Origin: Cyanophyceae cyanobacterium | GTDB taxonomy: Bacteria > Cyanobacteriota > Cyanobacteriia > Cyanobacteriales > Laspinemataceae | Length of the DNA: 64,000 bases | Reading direction: 5' to 3' | Assembly (NCBI GenBank): GCA_038321985.1 | Contig: JBBQFN010000027.1 | Span: 1 to 64,000 of the forward strand | Shown here: in pieces, positions 55,730-63,532 of the stretch | How the letters are laid out: each line of letters begins with the position of its first letter | Numbering within the stretch: position 1 is the stretch's first letter | Made by a program: the position numbers and the translations under genes | Notes under the pieces: model-generated | Seen by the model: the letters and a program-made list of their open reading frames with translations, nothing else | Told to the model about the DNA's origin: nothing | Databases searched by the model: none

Positions 55730-55996
55730 CTAGGAGGCGCGATTTACCTTAATCTTTTTATCCGGGTTTTGCTTCGATACCCAAGCTATAAACCTCTTCA
55801 TTTGGGGGTCTTCCTGAAGTTTTTCCACCGTATTCAGTTCCTGCGCCAGTCGAGTATTATCAAAGAGTGCATGAATCTGACGATGACAAGCTGAACAAAT
55901 ATCAACCCTTGGCCCTTTTGCCCCATTTTTTTGTTTCGGAATCAGGTGATGAACCGTAAGGTTCTCCATCTTGCGTTGGCAGAGTCCACACTGCAT
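55730..55996 (-). CDS. Small HNH-like zinc-binding protein (88 aa)
   Basis: CGLC ... HHLIPK ... CSACHRQIH. Confidence 0.85.
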   Translation of the reverse strand: MQCGLCQRKMENLTVHHLIPKQKNGAKGPRVDICSACHRQIHALFDNTRLAQELNTVEKLQEDPQMKRFIAWVSKQNPDKKIKVNRAS

Positions 55997-56162
55997 AGTA
56001 TAAACCTAGAATGGGTATAAATCCGCAGGATGCGCCGTAGCTTACCCTACTCCTTTATCCATTTTGACGCACTGCCAACGGAGTGTCCACAATCTCTATG
56101 ATTGGATTAAACCTTCGTTCCCAGTTCCTCCACATCTTGTCAAGGGGTGGAAACAAAATTTT

Positions 56163-57143
<981 letters not shown>

Positions 57144-57168
57144 TATTAATTTTTACCTATTCAAATTA

Positions 57169-57241
57169 AGGGTGGTAGAGGAATTGAACCTCTCTGGACC
57201 CGATTAAAAGTCGGGTGCATCAACCGATCTGCCAACCACCC
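57169..57241 (-). tRNA. tRNA-Lys(TTT)
   Basis: Anticodon arm CCCGA-CTTTTAA-TCGGG. Confidence 0.88.
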
Positions 57242-57258
57242 ATTTTATACCAGATTAT

Positions 57259-57344
57259 CGGAAGCTGGAGGAGTCGAACCCCTACGGATTCACACCGTAC
57301 CCCAGTTTTCAAGACTGGTTGCCATCCCATCGGCAGCAGCTTCC
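57259..57344 (-). tRNA. tRNA-Ser(TGA), 8/4 fold
   Basis: CCAGT-CTTGAAA-ACTGG; 8-bp acceptor GGAAGCTG/CAGCTTCC. Confidence 0.85.
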
Positions 57345-57452
57345 ATACCTCAGGAATATCAACCCTAAACCAGTTAGCCCATCGAAGGCGACTGCCAACC
57401 TGCATCACACTTAAACTATTTCATCCTAACGTTACCTCTGGCTTCAATGAAA

Positions 57453-57524
57453 CTCCTCGACTTGGACTCGAACCAAGAACCCTCCGGTTAACAGCCGGAT
57501 GCTCTACCCTTAAGCTACCGAGGA
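57453..57524 (-). tRNA. tRNA-Asn(GTT)
   Basis: TCCGG-CTGTTAA-CCGGA. Confidence 0.92.
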
Positions 57525-57580
57525 ATAAATAGTCCCTTCCCTTAAAGTTCTGCGCGAAGCATCTCACAGGCAAAAGAAAG

Positions 57581-57652
57581 CCCCTCTGGATGGAGTCGAA
57601 CCACCGATACCGACGTTCGTCGCGTCAGTTCCAGATCCGCTGGCACAGGGAA
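57581..57652 (-). tRNA. tRNA-Arg(ACG), atypical (G33, weak acceptor stem)
   Basis: TGACG-CGACGAA-CGTCG, GGTTCGACTCC T arm. Confidence 0.6.
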
Positions 57653-57653
57653 A

Positions 57654-57725
57654 TCCACCAGAGAGGTACTGCCCCTCCTATCGCCGCGTTATCAGCACGG
57701 TGCCTCACTTTTCGGCCTCTGGTGG
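57654..57725 (-). tRNA. tRNA-Ile(GAT), atypical T loop
   Basis: CCGTG-CTGATAA-CGCGG; acceptor CCACCAG/CTGGTGG; T loop GCAGTAC. Confidence 0.75.
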
Positions 57726-57726
57726 G

Positions 57727-57812
57727 TGGTGGAAGATGGAGGAATCGAACCCCTACAGTGACCTATACTCTGGCTTTCGAGACCAGTTGCCGTCCATTCA
57801 GCAGCATCTTCC
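57727..57812 (-). tRNA. tRNA-Ser(CGA), 8/4 fold
   Basis: CTGGT-CTCGAAA-GCCAG; 8-bp acceptor GGAAGATG/CATCTTCC; encoded CCA. Confidence 0.83.
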
Positions 57813-57900
57813 GTAAATTAGGTCACGATTGAGTGCGATCGCCGAACGTTAAACCGTTTGAATTTCACAAAATAATCCCTCCTCTTTGACTGAATAAAAA

Positions 57901-57974
57901 CGAGAGTGGTAGGACTCGAACCTACACAAACCAATTTAGAAAATTGGGACTCTTTCCAATTAAGTTACACTCTC
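57901..57974 (-). tRNA. tRNA-Arg(TCT)
   Basis: CCAAT-TTTCTAA-ATTGG. Confidence 0.85.
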
Positions 57975-57980
57975 TTTTGT

Positions 57981-58055
57981 TGGTAGTTTTAGTCAGAGTT
58001 GAACTGACAAGATCTGGCTTGTAAGGCAAGCGTTCTACTGTTGAGCTATAGGACT
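57981..58055 (-). tRNA. tRNA-Val(TAC), degenerate
   Basis: CTTGC-CTTACAA-GCCAG; mismatches in acceptor and anticodon stems; encoded CCA. Confidence 0.6.
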
Positions 58056-58060
58056 ACAAA

Positions 58061-58135
58061 AGCGGATGATAAGATTTCAAACTATGCACTGAAACTGGCC
58101 TCCCTCAAATGCTTCTTACCCTTACATCATGCCCT
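58061..58135 (-). pseudogene. Decayed tRNA-like remnant (possibly Gly)
   Basis: tRNA-sized gap ending CATCCGCT with eroded T loop; other stems broken. Confidence 0.3.
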
Positions 58136-58140
58136 GTGTA

Positions 58141-58213
58141 AGCTGGTGACAGGACTTGAACCTGCAACCCATCGCTTACAAAGCGATCGCTCTACCAATT
58201 GAGCCACACCAGC
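58141..58213 (-). tRNA. tRNA-Thr(TGT)
   Basis: ATCGC-TTTGTAA-GCGAT. Confidence 0.92.
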
Positions 58214-58222
58214 ATTAAGAAT

Positions 58223-58300
58223 TGGTGGCAGGGGCAAGATTTGAACTTGCTGATGTTCAGTTTATGAGACTGACGAGCCAACCATTGCTCCATCCCTGCA
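58223..58300 (-). tRNA. tRNA-Met(CAT), 1:72 mismatch
   Basis: TCAGT-CTCATAA-ACTGA; encoded CCA. Confidence 0.78.
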
Positions 58301-58313
58301 TAAATCACCAAAA

Positions 58314-58387
58314 TACCCCTGACAGGACTCGAACCTGTAAAACACTCGGTCTGAGCGAGCGACGGTTTCCAATTACGTCACAGGGGC
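58314..58387 (-). tRNA. tRNA-Leu(CAG), short variable loop
   Basis: GCTCG-CTCAGAC-CGAGT. Confidence 0.83.
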
Positions 58388-58395
58388 AGAAAAAA

Positions 58396-58470
58396 TCGGG
58401 ATGGTAGGATTTGAACCCACGACTCCTTGGCCCCAAACCAAGGCTTCTAAAACCGCTGAATTACATCCCG
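58396..58470 (-). tRNA. tRNA-Pro(TGG)
   Basis: CTTGG-TTTGGGG-CCAAG; acceptor CGGGATG/CATCCCG. Confidence 0.88.
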
Positions 58471-58471
58471 T

Positions 58472-58552
58472 TGGTACTCCTGGTGGGACTCGAACCCACA
58501 TTTAAAAAACAGATTTTAAGTCTGCCGCGTCTACCAATTCCGCCACAGGAGC
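58472..58552 (-). tRNA. tRNA-Leu(TAA), intronless, reduced variable arm
   Basis: GCAGA-CTTAAAA-TCTGT; encoded CCA. Confidence 0.88.
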
Positions 58553-58565
58553 GAGAGAACAAAGG

Positions 58566-58639
58566 TACTCCCGGTGAGACTCGAACTCACAATAAATCGC
58601 TTTTGAGGCGATCGCGTTTTCCAATTACGCCACAGGAGC
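58566..58639 (-). tRNA. tRNA-Leu(CAA), short variable loop
   Basis: ATCGC-CTCAAAA-GCGAT. Confidence 0.85.
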
Positions 58640-58645
58640 AAAAAT

Positions 58646-58721
58646 TGGATGCCCCGCCAGGGTTCGAACCTGGACTCTTCTGGGTCAAATCCAGAAATGT
58701 TCCCAATTACACCACAGGGCA
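58646..58721 (-). tRNA. tRNA-Gln(TTG)
   Basis: TCTGG-ATTTGAC-CCAGA; encoded CCA. Confidence 0.87.
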
Positions 58722-58729
58722 TTGTGATA

Positions 58730-58805
58730 TGGATGCCTGGGTTGGGGTCGAACCAACCTCTCTGTGATTCAGAGTCACAGCGACTTGCCAATCGTCCACC
58801 AGGCA
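58730..58805 (-). tRNA. tRNA-Gln(CTG)
   Basis: TGTGA-CTCTGAA-TCACA; encoded CCA. Confidence 0.87.
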
Positions 58806-58812
58806 ATACCAG

Positions 58813-58886
58813 TCCCCCAGGTCGGTTTCGATCCGACGACCTCCTATTTTTCAAACAGGCGCTACTACCAACTGAGCTACCGGGGG
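58813..58886 (-). tRNA. tRNA-Phe(GAA)
   Basis: CCTGT-TTGAAAA-ATAGG; T loop ATCGAAA. Confidence 0.82.
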
Positions 58887-58890
58887 ACAA

Positions 58891-58980
58891 AGGAGAGAGA
58901 GGGATTTGAACCCTCGTCGGATCTGTTCAATCCGATCGGTCTTTCCAAGACCGCGCCATCAGCCTCTCGGCCATCTCTCC
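58891..58980 (-). tRNA. tRNA-Ser(GGA)
   Basis: CGGTC-TTGGAAA-GACCG; long variable arm. Confidence 0.9.
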
Positions 58981-59016
58981 AGGTTGGGTGAAATTCACCC
59001 AGTTTATACAAAAAGG

Positions 59017-59103
59017 CGGAGAGGGAGGGAGTCGAACCCTCGACGGGTGTTAAACCGCTCTTTCTTAGCAGGAAAGCGCCTTAAGCCACTCGGCCACCTC
59101 TCC
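59017..59103 (-). tRNA. tRNA-Ser(GCT)
   Basis: CTTTC-CTGCTAA-GAAAG; long variable arm. Confidence 0.9.
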
Positions 59104-59107
59104 AGAA

Positions 59108-59194
59108 TGGGCTGGGAGGGACTTGAACCCCCATGTTCAGCACAATAGCACTTGATTTACAGTCAAGCTCCTTCACCAATTTGGATACCAGCCC
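59108..59194 (-). tRNA. tRNA-Tyr(GTA)
   Basis: CTTGA-CTGTAAA-TCAAG; long variable arm. Confidence 0.88.
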
Positions 59195-59202
59195 CTAAAA
59201 TG

Positions 59203-59279
59203 TGGCAGTGCCGACGGGATTTGAACCCGCAGACGCCGACTTGAAAGATCGGTGGCTTTACCAATTTGCCTACGGCACC
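59203..59279 (-). tRNA. tRNA-Glu(TTC)
   Basis: CCGAT-CTTTCAA-GTCGG; encoded CCA. Confidence 0.9.
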
Positions 59280-59284
59280 ACAGT

Positions 59285-59359
59285 TGGCGCAGGGACTGAG
59301 ATTTGAACTCAGATCAACGGTTTTGGAGACCGTCATGTTAGCCATTACACTATCCCCAC
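59285..59359 (-). tRNA. tRNA-Trp(CCA)
   Basis: ACGGT-CTCCAAA-ACCGT; encoded CCA end. Confidence 0.88.
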
Positions 59360-59362
59360 GTT

Positions 59363-59437
59363 TGGTCGCAGTGGCGGGATTTGAACCTGCATAAACCCAG
59401 TTATGATCTGGGGACTTTACCGTTAAGTTACACTGCG
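59363..59437 (-). tRNA. tRNA with CAT anticodon (Met or lysidine Ile2)
   Basis: CCCAG-ATCATAA-CTGGG; acceptor CGCAGTG/CACTGCG; encoded CCA. Confidence 0.82.
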
Positions 59438-59586
59438 AAATAGCACCAATTTTGTAAGGTGCGATATTCTTTTGCTGCATTATAGAGCGGTTTAAATCCC
59501 CCTATAAAATGGCTGATTTAGTTCATATTTACACTCTTAAATAAGCATTTTGCTCCTTTTTTTAACTCCAGGTAATCACTACTGAA

Positions 59587-59661
59587 CGGGGATGACGGGA
59601 CTTGAACCCGCGACTTCTTGTTCGACAGACAAGCGCTCTCAACCCACTGAGCTACACCCCC
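59587..59661 (-). tRNA. tRNA-Asp(GTC), first gene of the array
   Basis: CTTGT-CTGTCGA-ACAAG. Confidence 0.92.
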
Positions 59662-59720
59662 ATAAAATCAGCAGTAGATTACGCGAAATTTTGGAAACAA
59701 TTTATGAAATGAGCTTTTTC

Positions 59721-59770
59721 TATTCAGTTTTCTAGGTTCGATGTGGGCGGTTGGCAGGAGCATTTTGCTC
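59721..59770 (-). promoter_or_regulatory. rrn-like boxB hairpin and boxA in the tRNA-array leader
   Basis: GAGCA-AAA-TGCTC (59770-59758) then GAACCTAGAAAACTGAATA (59739-59721). Confidence 0.6.
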
Positions 59771-59793
59771 TGTCCTTCTCGCTTCATATTTAC

Positions 59794-59822
59794 ATACTAC
59801 AAAAATACTACAAGATTGTCAA
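59794..59822 (-). promoter_or_regulatory. Sigma70-type promoter of the tRNA array overlapped by a direct-repeat operator
   Basis: TTGACA-17 bp-TAGTAT; ATACTACA at 59794-59801 and 59805-59812. Confidence 0.85.
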
Positions 59823-60076
59823 GGGGTTTGGGAGAAATTTTTTGAAGTTTTTTTAAAATCGTGAAAATCCCTAGTTTATAAAGGTTTGAGGGGATGACTA
59901 GCCGGAGAGAATCCCCCAAAGAGGGCATACTACAATTATGGGATACGGCTGTAGGGACTGGATCCTAATTGGGTAGATAGAATGGCGATCGCCGAGGGCC
60001 CCGATGCGCTTACCGGCTTCGGGCATTGGATCGAAAGTCGAGTACAATCAAAAGAGTATCCTTAAGGAATAACTGA

Positions 60077-60736
60077 ATGTTGAAGCTATACTACAATCGA
60101 ATTTCTTTCAACTCTCGCCGGGTCTGGATCTCTTTATTAGAAAAAGGGCTGTCCTTTGAACTGGTGCCGATGAAATTAGAGGGGGATCAGTTCCAATCTC
60201 AGTTTCTCTCGCTCAACCCGTTTCACCAAATCCCCGTCTTAGAAGATGAAGAATTTGTGGCAGTGGAGTCTTTGGCAATTTTGGACTATTTAGAGGCAAA
60301 ATATCCCACGCCTTCTTTACTGCCCTCAAATCCTCATACCTTAGGAACCGTGCGAATGGTAGAAATTTTAACCTTAACTCAAATGATGCCACCGATGAGG
60401 CCACTGATGATGGATATGATGGGGTTTGGGAAAGAACCGCCTGAAAAATTAGAGGAATCCAAACAAAAAATTGCTCAGGTATTACATTTTTTTGAAAGTA
60501 AATTAGCCGATCGCCCGTATTTTGGGGACCAACAGCTTACCCTCGCCGATATTGTGGCGGGAACTGCCGTTCCCTTTTTGCCGAGTATGGGGGTATCCCT
60601 GGATGATTACCCCTCGTTGAAGGCTTGGTGCGATCGCTTGATGCTCCGAGAAAGTTGGCAACAAACCCAGCCCACAGAGGCCGAAATTACTGCCTTTAAA
60701 GAGCGAATGAAACTCCTGCTGTCCCCGGGTCAGTAA
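60077..60736 (+). CDS. Glutathione S-transferase family protein
   Basis: SFNSRRV, LNPFHQIPVL, ESLAILDYL, LTLADI. Confidence 0.92.
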   Translation: MLKLYYNRISFNSRRVWISLLEKGLSFELVPMKLEGDQFQSQFLSLNPFHQIPVLEDEEFVAVESLAILDYLEAKYPTPSLLPSNPHTLGTVRMVEILTLTQMMPPMRPLMMDMMGFGKEPPEKLEESKQKIAQVLHFFESKLADRPYFGDQQLTLADIVAGTAVPFLPSMGVSLDDYPSLKAWCDRLMLRESWQQTQPTEAEITAFKERMKLLLSPGQ

Positions 60737-60873
60737 ATAAGCGACACTCAGATAGAAATCCGGGTTTTATTTGACTGAGGCGGTACTAGAGTGCCCTGAA
60801 AACTCAGGCTAATTTTTCCCCAAATTGCTATAATCCGATAGAACTCAAGCAACAAGAGGACTCATTGATATTT

Positions 60874-61566
60874 ATGAGCATTTCTTTAATTAATGTTGCC
60901 CGCTACTATAAACAACTGCCTCACCAAAAACAAGCCTTGACCCTCCTCCAACAAAAAATAGAAGCGTCCCATCCCGACTGGTTAAAGGATGATTCTGAAT
61001 TTGTACAAACCTGGCGGAAGCCAAAAGACCCGACTGAGATCCCAAAAATTGAGATCATCTCTGATGGAAAACAACTCAGAGGTGTATGGCGGGGAAAAAC
61101 TTACCTCATTAAGGCTGACGAATTGAAGGTGAGGGTTCTGGATGCCTATGACTCGGAAACGGGAAGTCAAGTTGCTCGCGAAATGAAGGGCAGTTTATTG
61201 GTTGATTGCACCGTGAATCCTTACAGCGGCCATATTGTTGTCGCAGTGGTGTTGGATTATTTTGCAGCCGTAACGACGAGTGGAATTTTCATTATTGAAC
61301 CGCAAGCGGAAGGATATGCAATCTATCCGACCCAAGTTCCTGGCGCTAAACCCTTTCCGGATCAGTTGTCTACTTATGGTTTACGGGACATTAGTTCCCT
61401 GAATTTTATGGGAGACAACTTGATCGTGAAACATGGGGATGCTGCGGGGAATATCTCAATCATTATGTTCCAACCGGGAAATACTCCGACAATGGACTAT
61501 GTGAATTGTATGGATATCTTGATCCAAGAAGGTTTAGAAGGAGCCTGTTCGCGAATTGGTCGATAG
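60874..61566 (+). CDS. Hypothetical protein
   Basis: Coding-like ORF of about 230 aa, no motif recognised. Confidence 0.7.
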   Translation: MSISLINVARYYKQLPHQKQALTLLQQKIEASHPDWLKDDSEFVQTWRKPKDPTEIPKIEIISDGKQLRGVWRGKTYLIKADELKVRVLDAYDSETGSQVAREMKGSLLVDCTVNPYSGHIVVAVVLDYFAAVTTSGIFIIEPQAEGYAIYPTQVPGAKPFPDQLSTYGLRDISSLNFMGDNLIVKHGDAAGNISIIMFQPGNTPTMDYVNCMDILIQEGLEGACSRIGR

Positions 61567-61659
61567 GAAGGAGTGGGAACGCCTAACTACATTCTAGGAG
61601 AAATATAGGCCAACTTAGGATGAACCCAGCGCCTTAAAATTGCCCTGGGTTCATTGATT

Positions 61660-62055
61660 TTAATCGACTTCTTTGAGTAGAGAAACTCCAGCATTCGCTT
61701 CCTGGGAACACTTGAGGATATAAAACTCAGCGCGATCGCCCAAGGTAGTCACAAATACCCCAAAATCGCTCTCAGAATCCGTAGAAATCCAAGTACCGCG
61801 TAGGCTGACTTCAACATACTCGCTATCGGCAATGCATACCGAAATGATTCCGGCTCGATCGCTTAACGCCTCAGCTTCCAGAAATTTCAGCCCTGGCAAA
61901 TCCGCAGGCAGCAAAAATGACGCGCTAGAAGGTGCGATCGCGATGCTTTGACCCACTCGCATCGCCACGACGGCCCGGGTCGCCACTAATTCTTCAATGG
62001 AGTAAGGCAGACGCTCTAGGTTAAAGCCGGTTTCAGTATAAATGAACTTCAGCAT
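61660..62055 (-). CDS. alr0857-like conserved cyanobacterial protein
   Basis: MLKFIYTETGF.LERL, SASFLLPADLPGL, YVEVSLRGTW (family recognised from memory). Confidence 0.7.
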   Translation of the reverse strand: MLKFIYTETGFNLERLPYSIEELVATRAVVAMRVGQSIAIAPSSASFLLPADLPGLKFLEAEALSDRAGIISVCIADSEYVEVSLRGTWISTDSESDFGVFVTTLGDRAEFYILKCSQEANAGVSLLKEVD

Positions 62056-62210
62056 TGCCAGTGGTCTCTCGTCTTTTGTGAGTTATTTGTTGCTTCGCCG
62101 TGGAGTGAAAGTTCGCGTCCCCCGAACTACTGCGATCCTGAAAAAAAGACATATAAATGCTTAGAAATTGTGCAAAAAATTTACATCAAATCTTAGGTTT
62201 CTCTCACTCG

Positions 62211-62759
62211 TTACCCTTTCAAATCGTTCCAGAACTGTTCTGCAAACGAGATGGCCGGGTGGATGGGGGCTTTGAGTTTAATTTTGAGTGACATTCCTGC
62301 CTCAACCGGAGTGCGATCGCCCTTGCGGGAATTGCAACTCATACAGGCAGTTACGATATTATCCCAACTATGACTCCCTCCTCTGGATTTAGGCAGGACG
62401 TGATCCAGGGTTAAATGTTTTGTGTTACCGCAGTATTGACAGGCGTAGTGGTCCCGTTTGAGGACTTCCCGACGGTTGACGGGAGGCACCTTCCAGATCC
62501 GTTCAGTCCCCGTTATGGTTAAGCGGATATGTGGCGGAACCATCACCACCTGAGACGGCGATCGCACCTCATACATCCGAAAATTCTCCATTTCAGAGTC
62601 GGTACTATGGCTGCCATCGTTTAACTCCAAGGGTTCTGCCTTGCCTGCAATTAACAGGACAATTGCTCGCTTAATGTTGACTCGGCTAATCGGCAAGTAG
62701 TTTTTAGAAAAAACGACAACCGATTTTGATAACACATCAGTTCCGCTTACGCTGTTCAC
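62211..62759 (-). CDS. HNH endonuclease (McrA/HNH_5-like)
   Basis: RD..CQYCG, LTLDHVLPKSRGG, NIVTACMSCNSRKG; AAGGAG then GTG start. Confidence 0.92.
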   Translation of the reverse strand: MNSVSGTDVLSKSVVVFSKNYLPISRVNIKRAIVLLIAGKAEPLELNDGSHSTDSEMENFRMYEVRSPSQVVMVPPHIRLTITGTERIWKVPPVNRREVLKRDHYACQYCGNTKHLTLDHVLPKSRGGSHSWDNIVTACMSCNSRKGDRTPVEAGMSLKIKLKAPIHPAISFAEQFWNDLKG

Positions 62760-62772
62760 GACTCGACTCCTT

Positions 62773-62815
62773 AAAAAACAGCCCCCACTTCCGTTGGGAT
62801 GGGAAGCGGGGGCTG
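62773..62815 (-). terminator. Intrinsic terminator (attenuator) directly before the HNH RBS
   Basis: 14-bp stem CAGCCCCCGCTTCC/GGAAGTGGGGGCTG followed by T6. Confidence 0.88.
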
Positions 62816-63141
62816 AAAAAACTCTGATGATTAGGGTCTTCTCGTCCGAGATGGGTACGACACCGAATGCCTGTACCTCCCGCTTCTTATAGGAATATTC
62901 GGCCTTGCTAGTAGCTGACTTAATTGGGATTTAAAATCCTTGCTCCTCTCTAAATCTTGGGCCGCATTACTATGATACTCAACCTTTCCGATAGACTCCA
63001 AAGCTATAGCGGATGTCCCGAGGCAGTTACCTGCGTCAACATCACGGCCCAAGCCATAGGTACTCTGTCCGCTGATCGTAGAAAGGATGGGTAAAAAGTT
63101 CACGGTTAGATAGTTTGAAAGCAAGGACTTGAATTCTCCAC
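62773..63141 (-). ncRNA. Structured leader RNA (~370 nt) with an open reading frame; candidate attenuator or ncRNA
   Basis: Nested long-range helices, tetraloop hairpins, antiterminator complementarity; bounded by promoter and terminator. Confidence 0.6.
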
Positions 63142-63146
63142 CAAAC

Positions 63147-63176
63147 ATACTACACTAATATTACAGAGAATGTAAA
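63147..63176. promoter_or_regulatory. Divergent promoter region with the same direct-repeat operator as the tRNA array
   Basis: ATACTACA 63147-63154 and ATATTACA 63158-63165; minus-strand TTTACA-18 bp-TAGTAT. Confidence 0.75.
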
Positions 63177-63196
63177 CCCTCCAGAGGAAAAAAGTT

Positions 63197-63532
63197 ATGA
63201 CCGCTATCACTCGAACACCAACTACCGAAATGGAAGTGACCAGCATCCGTCTAGAGAGAGAACTCAAAGAAAGTCTCAAAGCGCTCTGTGGTAATCAAGG
63301 ATATCAAGCATTGATTCGAGAGGTGCTCTGGAATTATGTCCAGCAGAAATCCGGCGATTATCTACCGTCATTTTCCCGAGACGATATTCGAGCCAGTTTA
63401 GATGCGATCGCACAACGAGAAGAACGGTGCGTCCTCACGGGCAAAGTGATTCAGGCCCAAGAACCGATGTTATTAGGCTTAACCACAGGTGGAGATATGG
63501 TACCTTTAAGTATAGATAGTATGGTTGGATAG
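63197..63532 (+). CDS. trcR: Ribbon-helix-helix (CopG-like) repressor, probable TrcR ortholog
   Basis: EVTSIRLERELKESLK ... GYQALIREVLWNYV RHH pattern; shared operator with the tRNA array; name assigned from context. Confidence 0.65.
   Translation: MTAITRTPTTEMEVTSIRLERELKESLKALCGNQGYQALIREVLWNYVQQKSGDYLPSFSRDDIRASLDAIAQREERCVLTGKVIQAQEPMLLGLTTGGDMVPLSIDSMVG

Noticed and set aside
57259..57812. GGAAG-starting tRNAs as tRNA-Sec or suppressors
   Set aside because: Anticodons read TGA and CGA (Ser), not TCA; no sel genes nearby
57215..59480. Short ORFs listed across the tRNA array
   Set aside because: They overlap tRNA genes on either strand and have no protein-like features
59522..59794. Two 12-mers (TTCATATTTACA, AGCATTTTGCTC) each repeated in the array leader region
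   Set aside because: Order is swapped between the copies and no function can be supported
62831..63148. 105-aa ORF as an ordinary protein gene starting at 63148
   Set aside because: Its ATG lies in the predicted -10 box with no RBS; kept only as a possible leader peptide from an internal start
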